64,000 bases of DNA from Pavona decussata (GCA_977016875.1 CDRNST010000148.1:3348001-3412000); one strand, 5' to 3'; positions 37,189 to 49,697 are shown, counted from the first letter of the stretch. Numbers and translations are program-made. The notes: generated by a model not told the origin, from the sequence alone.

Positions 37189-37394
37189 AACACTTTCCTA
37201 TTGTACTGTTGATTATCATTAACCTTTTCAATCTTCTACTGTAAGTGTTGGAGGCTGAGAATGATGTCCTTAACGGTGACCATTCGAGCAAAAACTATTG
37301 AACAACACTTGCTTTGTTGCCCTTTAAAGTTTCCTAAAGTTTCCCAAAAACATCATTTGTCTTTAGATTTGGTTTACCGAGTCTCGGTTAGCAG

Positions 37395-38435
37395 TCAGTT
37401 TTGAAGATTGGAAAGTTCACTTAGTTGGCTTTGTGCTCGGCTCCTATTTTGCAAAAATCGTCCGTGAACAGTTAAGTTTGATAGCGAAATCGATCTCTCA
37501 GAAGTTCCTCTTAATTTGCCCCGGCAAATTCTCCAGCAGTCAATTAAGGCCTGGCGGTACTTGGGAACTTTCCAAGCATAGACGAATGGATTGATCGCTG
37601 AATTTATGTACAAAAATCTCGACAACGCGACATCAATCTCGTGAAAAGTCAACGATTCTTGACACGGTTTGCAGAAGTATAGCAGATGAAGAGTAATGTA
37701 TTGAGGAATATATGTGAGGTAGAATAAACCAAGAATTATAATAATTGCAATGGCCATGTTCCGCTCACGTTCCAGTGCGCTGGTCGCCATCGAGTCGTAG
37801 CCTTCAAGTTCAAGCTCGCGTGTCCTTCTTGCGAGAGCGCGAAACACTTTCACGTAGATAACTGTCAACAAGATAGCGGGAAGCGTAGCATGAGTGTGTA
37901 GATAAATCATCGTATATGTCTCCTCGGATACGTTCGTGACGGGAAGAATGCACGTTCCTAAAGCTATAACCCATAATACAGCAATATAAATCTTGATTCT
38001 TCTTTTCGTTATTATAGTTTTATATTCCAAGGGCCTGCCGATAGCCACGTAACAAGTCACTGACATGGCAATCATTGAATTACTGCTAACGAACAAAGTT
38101 GTAGTGAGAACAGTGTACATAACTGCCTTAAATGCCCCAAGGTAAGGCATTTGTACCTGGTTGTAGCGATACACATCTCTCACGGCCACAAGAGAAACGT
38201 TGAACGATCCCAGCAGTAAATCTGACGCGCTTAAATTGGCAATCAAGAAAGATGGCGGAGAACGAAGCGATCTTCGAGGATCCTTGTAAGTTGTGAAGAG
38301 CAGAATTGAGTTTGCTGTGATAATTACGATGGCGAAAAAGAATCCAAAGATAGCTAAACACATCCAGTAGGCTCTGCTGTCGATAATTGACAAATAAAAG
38401 TCGAAGTTTGGATCAGACGCATTTGTCGGGGTCAT
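37395..38435 (-). CDS. Intronless class A GPCR, DRY-less paralog 2
   Basis: 346-aa ORF with N-glycosylation sequon NAS, LIANLSASD, SVTCY, YLHTHA, FCKPC and NPFVYAW. Confidence 0.94.
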   Translation of the reverse strand: MTPTNASDPNFDFYLSIIDSRAYWMCLAIFGFFFAIVIITANSILLFTTYKDPRRSLRSPPSFLIANLSASDLLLGSFNVSLVAVRDVYRYNQVQMPYLGAFKAVMYTVLTTTLFVSSNSMIAMSVTCYVAIGRPLEYKTIITKRRIKIYIAVLWVIALGTCILPVTNVSEETYTMIYLHTHATLPAILLTVIYVKVFRALARRTRELELEGYDSMATSALERERNMAIAIIIILGLFYLTYIPQYITLHLLYFCKPCQESLTFHEIDVALSRFLYINSAINPFVYAWKVPKYRQALIDCWRICRGKLRGTSERSISLSNLTVHGRFLQNRSRAQSQLSELSNLQN

Positions 38436-38883
38436 TGTTTTCTACTTCAGCCTGAACTGTGACGGTGGACTCTGTAACTCAATCTTCATTACATCACTGA
38501 TACTCAAGTTAGCATAACACTCCGGTTTGAGTTAAATATCAGGGTGGTCGAGTTGTCGTCGACTCATATTGCACACGCGCTTGGTGTATTAAAATATTTT
38601 AAAACAAAACCAAAAATAGGAGTTACGCATGAGTTCCGCTGAAGGTTCAACTTGACAGTCATGAAGTGTGCTCTAAAATTTGCATTTTTCTACGCTTTTT
38701 TAACATGCCTATGTGCAGGTGAACTAACAGTTTTCAGTAATTTTCTAGAATCAGAATATAGGGTCATTCGTGCCTAACAACTTCATGTTGTTGTTTTTTA
38801 AACTAACCATGAGAGGCTTTAGGTTTTATCAGTCTTTCCCAAGAGGACGGCCAGTCGTGTTATTTTGTTCGGTTTTTATCTTT

Positions 38884-39022
38884 NNNNNNNNNNNNNNNNN
38901 NNNNNNNNNNNNNNNNNNNNNNNNNNNNNNNNNNNNNNNNNNNNNNNNNNNNNNNNNNNNNNNNNNNNNNNNNNNNNNNNNNNNNNNNNNNNNNNNNNNN
39001 NNNNNNNNNNNNNNNNNNNNNN
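38884..39022. other. Assembly gap (139 N)
   Basis: Run of N. Confidence 1.
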
Positions 39023-39649
39023 CATGAAATATTCAAATGCGCATGAAACAATCAAAAACAATCTTACATTTCAATCAACTTGACCAAAGGTTAAATACTT
39101 TTTTTAAATCCTCAGCCACTGTCAGCGATATCACATTTTAATCCTCTTTTCTCATTATCCTCTGACATTTTCGTGTTCCTTTTTGATGTTGCCTGTTTCG
39201 ATCCACAATCGAGAGACATCTCACCAGACCATCTGGTCACTGAATTTTGATATCCATGGCCTGTTTCTGCCACGATTTATGTTGCGTGATCGTTCTCTCG
39301 CCTGCAAACAGTGTGGTACCTCTTTCACTTGGAAACGTGTCAAAATGTCTTTGGCTACTCGCCCACATAAGGATATGAAGTGCCCCCTCAAAGGGCTGTG
39401 TAGAGTTTTGTGACTCTTTTCTCAGCCAGAAATAAAAAATGTTTCCCTACCGGCCTGAGAAATGTTGTACAAAAATTTTCCGTTTTGGCCCATGAAAATT
39501 AAAACGAAAAAGATCTTGGAGTTAGGGCAGAGCTTACGCAAAAAATATTACTACTATATTTTGATAGGATTTTAACTTGCTCCATTAGCATTCTGGGGAG
39601 AATCTCTTCGATGAGTTTCCGTGAATTGTTTTTGTTGCAATCATTGGTT

Positions 39650-40708
39650 TTAAATCCAAGTACAGTCGCTTTGTCTACTGTTGTGCTTGCTTTCCTCAGT
39701 GTGAGTGTTTCCTAAATATGTAAGGCTTCTCTCTGTTTGTTCTGTTCTTCGGCTCCCATCTAAACTTAATACTTGCCGCCGTCGTTTTAGTAGGATCTTC
39801 CAGCAATCCGTAAAAGCTCGGCGATACCTTGGTATCCTCCACGCATAGATAAATGGATTTATTGCGGAATTTATGAACAGAAACCGAGAAAAAACCACAT
39901 CAATTTTGTGGAAAGTTATCGATTGCTGGCAAACTGTGCAGAAGTAAAGCAAATGAAGAGTAATATATTGGGGCAGGAATGTGATAAAAAACATCGACAG
40001 GATTATGATAATCGTAACAGACATCACTCGCTCTCGTTCAAGCACGTAGGCGCTGTTTATAGCAGAGACAATTCCATTTAGGTGAAGCTCGCGCGTACGT
40101 CTCGCAATAGCTCGAAACACTTTTACGTAGATAACTGTCAATATAATAGCGGGCAGTGAAGCATGCGTGTGAAGATAAATCATTGTATATGTCTTCTCAG
40201 ACATGCCCGTGATAGGAAGAACGCACGTTGAGATCGATATTAGCCATAATACGGCAATATATATTTTTGTTCTTCTTTTGCTTATTATGTTCTTATAATC
40301 CACTGGCTTATTAATGGCCACATAACAAGCGCCTGATAATGCAATTATTGAATTGCTGCTGACGAACATAGTTGTAATGAGAACAGTGTAGATAAGTGCC
40401 TTAAATCCCACCACAAAAGGCATATGTACCTGTTTGTAACGATAAACATCCCTAACAGCCACAAGAAATACATTGAACATTCCCAGGAGCAAATCCGACA
40501 CACCTAAATTGGCAATCAAGAAAGATGGCGGAGTGCGGAGCGACTTTCGAGGATCCTTGTAAGTTGTGAAGACCAGAAATGAGTTTGCAATGACAATAAC
40601 TGTAGCTAAGATGAAGCCAGTCACGGCCAAACCTAACCAGAAGGTTGGATCATCGATTAATGACAGATAAAAATCCTCATTTGGATCTGAATAGTTGTGA
40701 GCGGCCAT
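39650..40708 (-). CDS. Intronless class A GPCR, DRY-less paralog 3
   Basis: 352-aa ORF with sequon NYS, LIANLGVSD, SGACY, YLHTHA, FCTVC and NPFIYAWR. Confidence 0.94.
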   Translation of the reverse strand: MAAHNYSDPNEDFYLSLIDDPTFWLGLAVTGFILATVIVIANSFLVFTTYKDPRKSLRTPPSFLIANLGVSDLLLGMFNVFLVAVRDVYRYKQVHMPFVVGFKALIYTVLITTMFVSSNSIIALSGACYVAINKPVDYKNIISKRRTKIYIAVLWLISISTCVLPITGMSEKTYTMIYLHTHASLPAIILTVIYVKVFRAIARRTRELHLNGIVSAINSAYVLERERVMSVTIIIILSMFFITFLPQYITLHLLYFCTVCQQSITFHKIDVVFSRFLFINSAINPFIYAWRIPRYRRAFTDCWKILLKRRRQVLSLDGSRRTEQTERSLTYLGNTHTEESKHNSRQSDCTWI

Positions 40709-42504
40709 TGTTGTTGAGAAGACAGTTCAGGTTTTCCAGTATAACAAACCAGCTGTTCAGTTCCTCTTACAGGCAGGCTCTAACACGACGTTGTCTCGGT
40801 GTTGTCTTGGCAGTTCGATTACTTGTTTTAATGTACTGAGGAAAATAATTTTCCTTAGTGTATAATCTTTTCAGATGGACGTGTAAGTTGGAGGTTTTGA
40901 CAGATACTCCCTGAGCGAAAAGCGACAAATTGAAACTGATTTGCTTCGTCAATTACAGAAAATTAATTCAAAGTTAAAAACATGTCAACTTCCTGTTGTT
41001 TTGACTGTTTTGTATTTCTTTTGTTAGACTTCAAATGAAAAAGAAAACATCCTGATAGGAAACTTATTTACATGCAAATCAGTTATGCAAAACGAAGGGA
41101 GGACAACTAAAACCCACCAGGCAATTTTCCCAGAAGCATTAGGCGGAATGCATTTATTTATTTATCCATTGCAATTTTTAAAATGACTTTCACTCGATTA
41201 ATTAATCAACAAGGAAACTATAGAAAAATAGCCATTAGGACGATTTGTAAAAGAGTTCTAAAGACCCCATATAAAAACAAATCACCTTATAAAAAATGAT
41301 AATTATACAATTTATAAGGAATACTACGACTTACTAACTTAAAATAAATTTAAATATAATAAATAAATTATATTTACATTTTCATTAAAAAATTTAAAAC
41401 TTTACATTTAAAAATGTCCACACTAGATGCATAGCGAGTTTCACAAGGCAAGGTTTTCCAGCTACAATAGAGGGTTTTTAAGGTGGTTGTATTGGATCTC
41501 TGTGCTTCCTATCTCGTTTTAAAGGCATTGTAAAGATATCAGGTTTGAATCAGCGAGCACAAGTTTATCTATTCAGACTCTTTAGAACTCGTGTTAATGA
41601 AGCCAGTGAAGCGGCACATGAGAAAACTCTGCCGGGTCAATATCTTGTTCTCTGATATTGCTAGCTCAGAAACTTGTCAATAAATTAGTATGGGATTTTC
41701 CCAGGCTATAAGGCATTGACATGTTAATAAAGTTTCTTCTTCTCATGTTTTTACCTTCATGTACTTAGATCTCTCATGTTCAGAAGAAAATACAAGATTA
41801 AACCTGGATACGAGATTTATTTCTTGCCTGAACATCCCTAAACATATACGAAATTCAAATGATTTAGATAGTCTAGCCCCTTAGCAAGCAAGGCTTCATG
41901 CCTAAATACAGTTGCCTATTCAGTGGATCTCAATGGGGTTAATCGTTAGTTGTAAAATGACAAAAAATTTTAGTCATTAGTAGTAAAAAATTGAAAATTT
42001 TAACTGTTAGTCGTAAAAAAAGTTAATTGTGAAAAAATTCCTATCCACAATTTGCATTTTAGAGATTGTCAAGACCGCTTGTTAGGACTTTTTGTGTCTT
42101 TTCTAGTGGCTGGTGTACCCTATTTCAACCTTTTTTCATCCGGGAAAGGTCGTTAGAGACCTACAGACCTTAACTGTGTTTTTCAACAATGGAAAAAAAT
42201 GTCAGTAAAACAATTGACTTTTTTTCAGATGTCTGTTAATCGTAACTGAGAGAAATTAACCGTTAGTCGCAGAAAAGCCAAATTATTAACCTTCAACCGT
42301 AAATGCCTCCACCCCTTGAGACCCTCTATTCACTGATTCTGTTCCATTCCATTCTATTTTTCTTGTCTATTTTATTCTATCCCATCCTATTCTATTCTGT
42401 TCTATTCTATTCAACAAGGAAGAGATTTTATTACAAGAAAATGACGAAAAGGATTACATGCACACTAACCTGCAAGTAGCTGTTATTATTCGCGGCGAGC
42501 TAGT

Positions 42505-43045
42505 TAAGGACAGTCCCGTCTAATACAGAAGTATTTTGTGCAGTTGATAGCCATGTGGGAGAAGGAGAGCTTAGTACTACGGGGCCACGGGAATCCAGAG
42601 AGAAAATTGGGGAGGGATGGGGGGGGGTGGGGTGGGGGCGGTGCATTATTTAGAGACAATTAAGCAACACAGGAGCAACAATAATTCCAAAAAGCTGTAG
42701 AATACCAAGCAATGTATTGCGTTTGTTTGTGTCATTGCTTTTCTTGTTGTGTTGTGTTTTGTTTTTTGTTTTGTTTTGTTTTTTTTTTGCTGTTATTGTT
42801 TTTTTTTTTCAAATTGAACTTTAATAATCTCTGAAAAATGCATGGTTACCCCCAAGATTCATTTTGGACACCAATAACCCTTGCTAAAGCTAAAATTTGT
42901 TGGACGGTTTTCTTCCATTCTGAAGAACGGTTATATACCCCAAACGTCTGTGTTTTTCAAACATTTCTGACACTTCTCGATATATTTTTTTTATCCTGCC
43001 ACTTGCACAGAACCTATACACAGTAACAAAGGGACGCACCATTTT
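42505..43045. mobile_element. Degenerate second copy of the 5558-5955 MITE, with expanded G-rich and T-rich tracts
   Basis: Shares ttaaggac, gaagtattt, gagcaaca, aagcaatgtat and tctctgaaaaatgcatggttacccc in the same order. Confidence 0.7.
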
Positions 43046-44087
43046 GTTTCACGCAAAAAGTCGAAAACCTAAAACAGAAAAGAAAAAAATAAGTTAAGTG
43101 TTCACTCAGTAAGCCTATTTTTTTAATAAAGGAGGGAAAGAGAGATATTATAGCAATAACCTTTTAGCATGTTTTCTTATTGGCACATGCATGAAGTTGC
43201 TCATATTGTGCATGGTCAATGGGTATTGGCCGCTGGTCAAATGCACTACAACTCGGCGGCGATGCTAATGTTTAGAACAATCAAAGGCTTTTCCGGAATA
43301 CTTGCAAAATTTCTTTTACGATCGATATCTGTAACAGCCAATTTAACTTAAGGAATGCGGAGACGAAATTGAACTTACCAACCGCGTACGAACTACCTAA
43401 AACAGAAGTTTTAATAGCGGGGCATTTTATGGAACAGCTTGTCCGAAAACCTGCACACAATAAACTCAGTCGGGTGCCTTTAAAGGGAAATCGAGCGATT
43501 TTATAGCAATAGTCAAGCAGCCTCCCACACGGAGGCTTTGCAAAACAGTATTAATATTATTTTGACTTTGTATGAATTATTATATTATAGTTATTGCATA
43601 TTTACTGAAATTTTTACCGTGTTGAACTAAATGAATAAAGTAAAGTAAATATCAACAGCATATTGCTCAACTGTAATCAACTTTTAGTCAACCTAAAGCA
43701 GATAGAAAAGTGTTTTGTTGGCGCCCATCAACCAAATCAAAATTAGCTGATATCGAAACGTTTGCCCCCACAAAACATTGTCTTGGTAGTTTTAAACTAT
43801 ATATTTTTCTTTATATAGACTTACGACTACAACTGAAACAAACTTGAAAATTTAACCTTTTTAAGTTTGATTCTACAGCACGGGAAATGCGTTGTTCACT
43901 CTTTAAAACCAGTCTACCAATATTTTGTCATTACCAGCAGTTTATTACCCCCCTCAAAGATCGTTTCGCTTTTGTAGTTTAATGGCCCATTTCTAATGAT
44001 GCCAGTTCTTGTATATTGGGATTACTGAGAGTGAAATATCTGAAATTCATACATTTGTTAACCCTAGACAGCTGTTAGAATATCCAA

Positions 44088-44380
44088 GACGCTGCGTGAT
44101 AGAGTACAGTGATGGCGTCGGCCTTCAAAATCTGGGGCTTCTGGGATCAAGTTGGCTCTCTGACCACTAACTCAAATTGCCTCACGGTAGATCCGAGCTT
44201 GAATCCTCGACCAGTCTTGTAAAATATAATAGCCAACTTGTCCGCCTCCTACCAGTTGGGACTCTTAATTTATTATGTTGCAATATTTGCAGTGTATTTG
44301 TTTCTGACGTTAATTATTTCATTCAGCCCTTTAAACTCCCTCACGCGAACAGAATAATTTAGAGTGATTATTTATTTGTA
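44088..44380 (+). mobile_element. Degenerate tRNA-SINE immediately upstream of GPCR paralog 4
   Basis: Shares ctctgaccact, tagccaact and gcctcc..cc.gttgg with the 56319 SINE. Confidence 0.6.
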
Positions 44381-44433
44381 TATTTACCCGGGTTATTCAC
44401 CGTAAAGAGCGCAAGCTACTTGTAGCAGTGGCC

Positions 44434-45447
44434 ATGCAAAATTCTACGGATGAAATATCTGATTTCTACCTACGAATTATAGATGACCCCGTCTTCTGGC
44501 TCACTTTGGCAATATTTGGTTCTTTCCTGTCAGCCATCATTGTGACAGCAAACTTTATTCTGCTCGCTACAATCTACAGCGACCCGCAAAAGTCGTTCCG
44601 GACTCCACCTTGCTTGCTGATTGCAAATTTGAGCTTGGCCGATTTCATTGTTGGGTTGTGCGTGGTTTCGCTGGTAGCATTTAGAGATGTCTATCGTTCT
44701 TTACTACAACAAGTTCCTCTTCCGCGCTGGGTGGGAATGTTTGCGTCTTATGTCCTCGGCACAACTCTTTTTGTAAGCAGTGCGACCATGGTGGCCTTAT
44801 CTACAACATGCTTCGTTGCAATTAACAATCCTATTGAATTCAAAACAATGATTACAAAGAAGAAGATGTACATGTTTGTTGGTGTAATTTGGGTGATATC
44901 GCTTTTGCTGTGCTTTTTGCCTGCAACTGATATCCCAGAAAAGACATACATACTTGTTTATGTTCACACACACTTCTCGCTGCCTGCTCTCCTACTAACG
45001 GCAATATACGCGCAAGGTTTCCGAGTATTAGCACGACTAACGCGTGAACTCAACTCAAACGGGCAAGCGTCTCAGCAAAACAACCGACGCGCGTTACTTC
45101 GGGAGCGAAACATGGCGGTCACTATTCTGATAATTCTGTCGATGTTTTTCCTCACATACTTGCCGCAGTTTATTATGATTCACTTGGCGTACTTTTGCGA
45201 CGCATGCCAGATCAGCGATGAGTCGATAACGTTTCATAAAATTGATGTGGTATCTTCACGGTTTGTTTTCTTGAACTCGGCAGTTAATCCTTTCATATAT
45301 GCATGGCGAATGCCAAAATACCGTCGGGCGTTGAAAGGTTGCTGGAAACTTGCTAAGAACAAACTCTGCCTGTGTAGTGGCTCTCGAGTGGAAGGACCTC
45401 TCTTTATAAGAAGAATTCGAACAAGGGTCACAACTTCTGTAAGCTAG
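44434..45447 (+). CDS. Intronless class A GPCR, DRY-less paralog 4
   Basis: The likely start is the ATG at 44434 (gccATG; the ORF track starts at an upstream GTG). Sequon NST, LIANLSLAD, STTCF, YVHTHF, FCDAC and NPFIYAWR. Confidence 0.93.
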   Translation: MQNSTDEISDFYLRIIDDPVFWLTLAIFGSFLSAIIVTANFILLATIYSDPQKSFRTPPCLLIANLSLADFIVGLCVVSLVAFRDVYRSLLQQVPLPRWVGMFASYVLGTTLFVSSATMVALSTTCFVAINNPIEFKTMITKKKMYMFVGVIWVISLLLCFLPATDIPEKTYILVYVHTHFSLPALLLTAIYAQGFRVLARLTRELNSNGQASQQNNRRALLRERNMAVTILIILSMFFLTYLPQFIMIHLAYFCDACQISDESITFHKIDVVSSRFVFLNSAVNPFIYAWRMPKYRRALKGCWKLAKNKLCLCSGSRVEGPLFIRRIRTRVTTSVS

Positions 45448-47708
45448 TTAACACAACATGGAGAAAGTGTACAATGTTCAATCGCCATTTAATGGCGAAG
45501 ATTAAAGAAAGTTGTGGCTTTTTAAATTAATGTTAAAAGAGCTAAATGGAGTGGCTTGTTCGTGGGAGAGAGCCAAAACATTAAAGAGGAAACTCTTGAG
45601 AGCTAAAAAGATGCCGACTACTGATTGGCGCCCTATGCGCATGCTCTTTCGGAAATGTTAAGGTCACTTGAATTAGATACTGAAGATACAATAATATTAT
45701 ATAATTAGCGCTTTTAAGCTACACTATTGATTGATATCAAATTTCTCCTAACAGTGTTAGTATTTAAACAAGTATACAGGTTATAAGAATAAAGGATGAG
45801 ATCACTAAACTTAAATGGTTTTAATATTAACACAGATTCTCCACACTAGGACCAAAATAAATCCAAGGTGAATTATGAGGGCAATATGCATGTCGGTATT
45901 GCCGGCTTATTCCTGGTTATGAGCCCCATTCTTATTGGTTCCCTGTAGTCTGCAAGTTGTCTAAGCAAATGGCCGATGAAAGTAATTTTGCTCGGCTGCT
46001 GTGGGCCAAAATGCGTCGCAATATACTAACAACTAAAGCATCGATATTAATGTTCCCCAATCAGTTCAGTCAAGACGTTTCACGTTTCAATACGATAAAA
46101 GCGTTATTTTTTTTACTTCAAGATGGGATTGCGTTTTCCTATTCTAAAAGTCGAAAGTATTTGGCGATAACGCGGTGCTGGAAAACACTAAAAAGACAAA
46201 CAACCAATTCGCGCCTTTCAGGAAAAAAATACACAATAACTATTTTTTTTTTTGGCGGGGGGGGGGGGGGGGGCTTTCAAAATATGTATCGATATTTTTC
46301 CTTGGACATCATGCGTTACTCAAAGCAGTTTGTGAAAAAAATTGCCGTGTATATCCTTCCATCAAATAATGGCTATTCATTATGAATGCGGGAGTTCTGC
46401 CTGAACGACGTTCTTGACAAGCTTCAGGGGATCTCAATTACAAGCGTGAGAAAGACGAATATCGTAGCGGGAAGAGGTTGGGATCTCGGTGTCTCGTCAT
46501 TAAGCCAAACAATATTTCTCTCAATTTAGTTCATGTTTGGGTAAAATGTGAATTCTGGTTTGTGTCTTAATAGGGAAGGAAAAATAGTCATGGGTTTACC
46601 TTTGCCAACTTGACAAGTCAAGAGAGCCTGTGTAGTGAATGGACACGCTCTGGCTTTTAAAAGCCAATATAACAGGTTAAAATTAACGAGAAAAAAATAG
46701 TTCAAAACAAAGCAACAAAAAAATTGGACTTTCCAGAATTATTGTTGAAACTATTTTTTATAAACTCGGGTGAATATTTGTTTTGATCAAAATAAATGCC
46801 TTGGTAATTCCAGTTCACATTGTTCAAGTTCTCACTGAAACATCCAGCCACAAAATTACATGGCGTTGGTTTTTCTGTTTTAAATTAATAGCGCGGATAC
46901 ACTCGATGCACATGGGTACCTTAGATTACTTAAACTCCATGAAATATCACATGAAACGCTTATTACCTCATGGCACCGGCATTTGCGGGTGCTAAGTTGA
47001 TATCTGACCAATCAGAGCAAGATATTTATCAAACCGTAACGGCTTGTTTTGGTTACCTCATGTCCCGGGAACTAATTCTACATTCCTTTTCGACGAAGTA
47101 ATGATTTCGGAGTCCTGCTCAAGGGCTAAATAATTTTACACGCAGCTACATATCAGTCACTCCACACCACGAAGAAAAATATCTGTCTTGCACTTTTGAA
47201 GACAGGATGGATTTTTGTGTCTTGAGAGATGCCCAGGTCACATTTAAATATTCCTCCAAGAGGGCATAGTCTGCGAATACGTACGATCGTAGTCATCGCT
47301 GCGGCCGGCCTCCAAGGGCGTTCGCGAAAGCGATGAAGGTCGGCTGTGTCTTTAGGTTAAAGAAAGCATTTCTTCAGGAAATGACAGTTTTTAATTGAAG
47401 CTTGTTCGCTAAACTCCGAATCTTTTGCATGAAACAGAAATTCGCAATGCTTGGCTTCAGGATTTGAACAACACGCAAGAGGTGAGTTACTGTTTGTTGC
47501 CGCTGTATTGTTTACAGCTGGCTCAAAAACGAGTATAAATACGTTCATCGTAGTCTTTTGAACTTGTGAAACTCCCGTAGTGTCCAACATGATCCCGCAA
47601 CGATCTAGTTCTCAATAATGGCTAAGAGACGATAATCGTGCACACTACTCCAGTACAACAAAAGACAAGTATAATTATTTTGTTTTTCTTTTTACATGAG
47701 TACCTTTA

Positions 47709-47773
<65 letters not shown>
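47709..47773. repeat. (AAT)n microsatellite
   Basis: About 21 perfect AAT units. Confidence 0.95.
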
Positions 47774-47774
<1 letters not shown>

Positions 47775-48767
47775 GCCTTTATTTCCTCACAAGAAGAAAT
47801 TGAAATTAACATTTTTATGGATTTAGTTGGTAAAGTCTAGCGACATCACATAGACTATTATCCTTTTAAAATTATTCATGTGACTGCGTTCGCACTTTGT
47901 GGGTTAGTCAGCGGCCATCTTGATTTGGGAGTAAAAAAACTATGCTGCCCCAGGGAACTGGACTTAGATGTATTAGTGACGGGTAGGTGCGAAGAACTTT
48001 AAGGAGAGGAGTGGGGTTGAAATTTGAGACTGGATACGTTTGTTTTGATGAACCTTTTTTTGGCGGGGAGGAAGTGCTACGATTTTAGCGGGGATGTTTT
48101 TAGGGCTGCATGTGAACACCTTGAGTTACAGTTCTGGACCCGGTTGTTCGAAAGAAACCACAATCAAGAGTTAACCGAGGTTTTCATTTTGTTTGTTAAC
48201 AATCTAATCAGTGTCTAATGGTAAAGAAAAGGTCCACGTCTAAAAAATCTTAACCGTTCATGTTAACCCGGTACGAGTAGCTTAATCGGGCTTTCAACAA
48301 CTGGTCCCTGGGTCGTTGGACTTGGGGGGTACAGTTCAGTTTAGCCTAATAGGACTTTTTTGGGGCGTGGTGGGGTCTATCAATTTGGCTTCACACACAC
48401 CTGCAAGTCACTGATATACCTACAGTAGGCACTCTAGCTTGGCCAAACAGAAGCGAATGGAATTTAAATCATTACATTCAACGTCTGAAGACATTACCCC
48501 CCATCATCTGACTTTGGATAAACAAAATAGCTGTTGAATAATTAAGAAAGGAGATTACACCAGTGAAGAAAAGGATAAAAGCTTCAAGCACATGTTCATC
48601 ATTTGCTAGTTGCTTTTGTCCCGATTCTATACTGGTTATAAACAATATTTTTAATCAGACTCAGGCTGTGAAAACAGTTGCTACATTTTGGTGTGCTGTA
48701 CCAAGCGACGGTCGATTGCAATAACCATAAACAGTGGGAAAATAACTTGGTACTATTTTGGGGGAAA

Positions 48768-48955
48768 CAGGAATGACGCACGGTAATAGCACTCGCCTTC
48801 CACCAATCCTAGAATCGGCAATCATATGTGGGTTCAGTTGAGTTTGTTGTTGGTTCTCATCCTTGCTCTGAGAGGTCTTTCTCCGCCGGATTCTCCGGTT
48901 TTAGTTTCTCTTCAAAAACTAAAAATTGCATACTCCAATTCCATCCGGAATCAAG
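48768..48955 (+). mobile_element. Degenerate SINE of a second family
   Basis: agcactcgccttccaccaat...catatgtggg...gagtttgttgttggttctc...ctccggtttt pattern. A related 3' part lies at ~1110-1180. Confidence 0.5.
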
Positions 48956-49663
48956 GACCAGTTTTGTAAGTCGTAAGGTTGTTAAAACGACTGCTATTTT
49001 TTGCTACTTTGACTCTCCAGCAAACTAAAATGAGATGATACGTTTCCAGTGCCGGAACAACGTCACCCGCTCTACAAAGTATAGCTCGTTATTCAATTGG
49101 TCAACCCGAGTCAGTTAGCTTGTCTTCTCGGTTTGTCCAAAATTCGGTGAGTCATTTACTGAAGAAATCAGTTAATTTATAAGTCATCTGCCTATTGTTT
49201 TCAGGTGTGGCCATGACAGGTACTGAGATTGTCTCTTCCGCAACCACAGTCGACGCTATTCCAAGAAGCCACCATGACAAAGACAGTTCAGCGAGGACGC
49301 TTTATCCATAGTGAATTCCTTACAGACGGAAGCTTAAAAACATGCAAAGCAGCCATTCAGTTAGTTAGTCAGTAGATCACCCGATTACTCTGTCATTCAG
49401 TCAGTCAGACAGTCCGTCCGGTAGACAGCAAATCAGACAGGTAGCCACACTGTAGTCATTCTATCCGTCAGGCAGTCAGTCACTTAGTTTTAAGTTTGTT
49501 TTTATTATTCTCTCTGTCATAGCTATTTAATTAAATAAACTCAAGGCTTACTCCCCTTAAAAAGTCTCAGATCAAAATCATTGCAGTGAAACCACGCCTT
49601 ACCGACACTCGTTATTATGTGAATTTAAAATATTATAAAATTGACGTTGTTAAGAGAGTTTAA

Positions 49664-49697
49664 ACAGACGTTTCAGCGATGCTGCCTTCTTCAGGGT
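49664..49697 (-). ncRNA. Second, slightly degenerate minimal hammerhead motif on the opposite strand
   Basis: The minus strand reads acc-CUGAAGA-a-ggca(gcau)cgcu-GAAA-cg-UC-ugu. The core is intact; stems I and II carry mismatches or wobbles. Confidence 0.6.

Noticed and set aside
31389-45447. The GPCRs as opsins or as true adenosine receptor orthologs
   Set aside because: Position 7.43 is F/Y, not the retinal-binding Lys. The similarity to A2A is limited to FCxxC and NPFIYAxR, so no gene symbol is assigned.
49205-49311. Orphan terminal exon (GVAMTGTEIVSS...LYP*)
   Set aside because: It has a good acceptor but no partner exons or motif that I can support.
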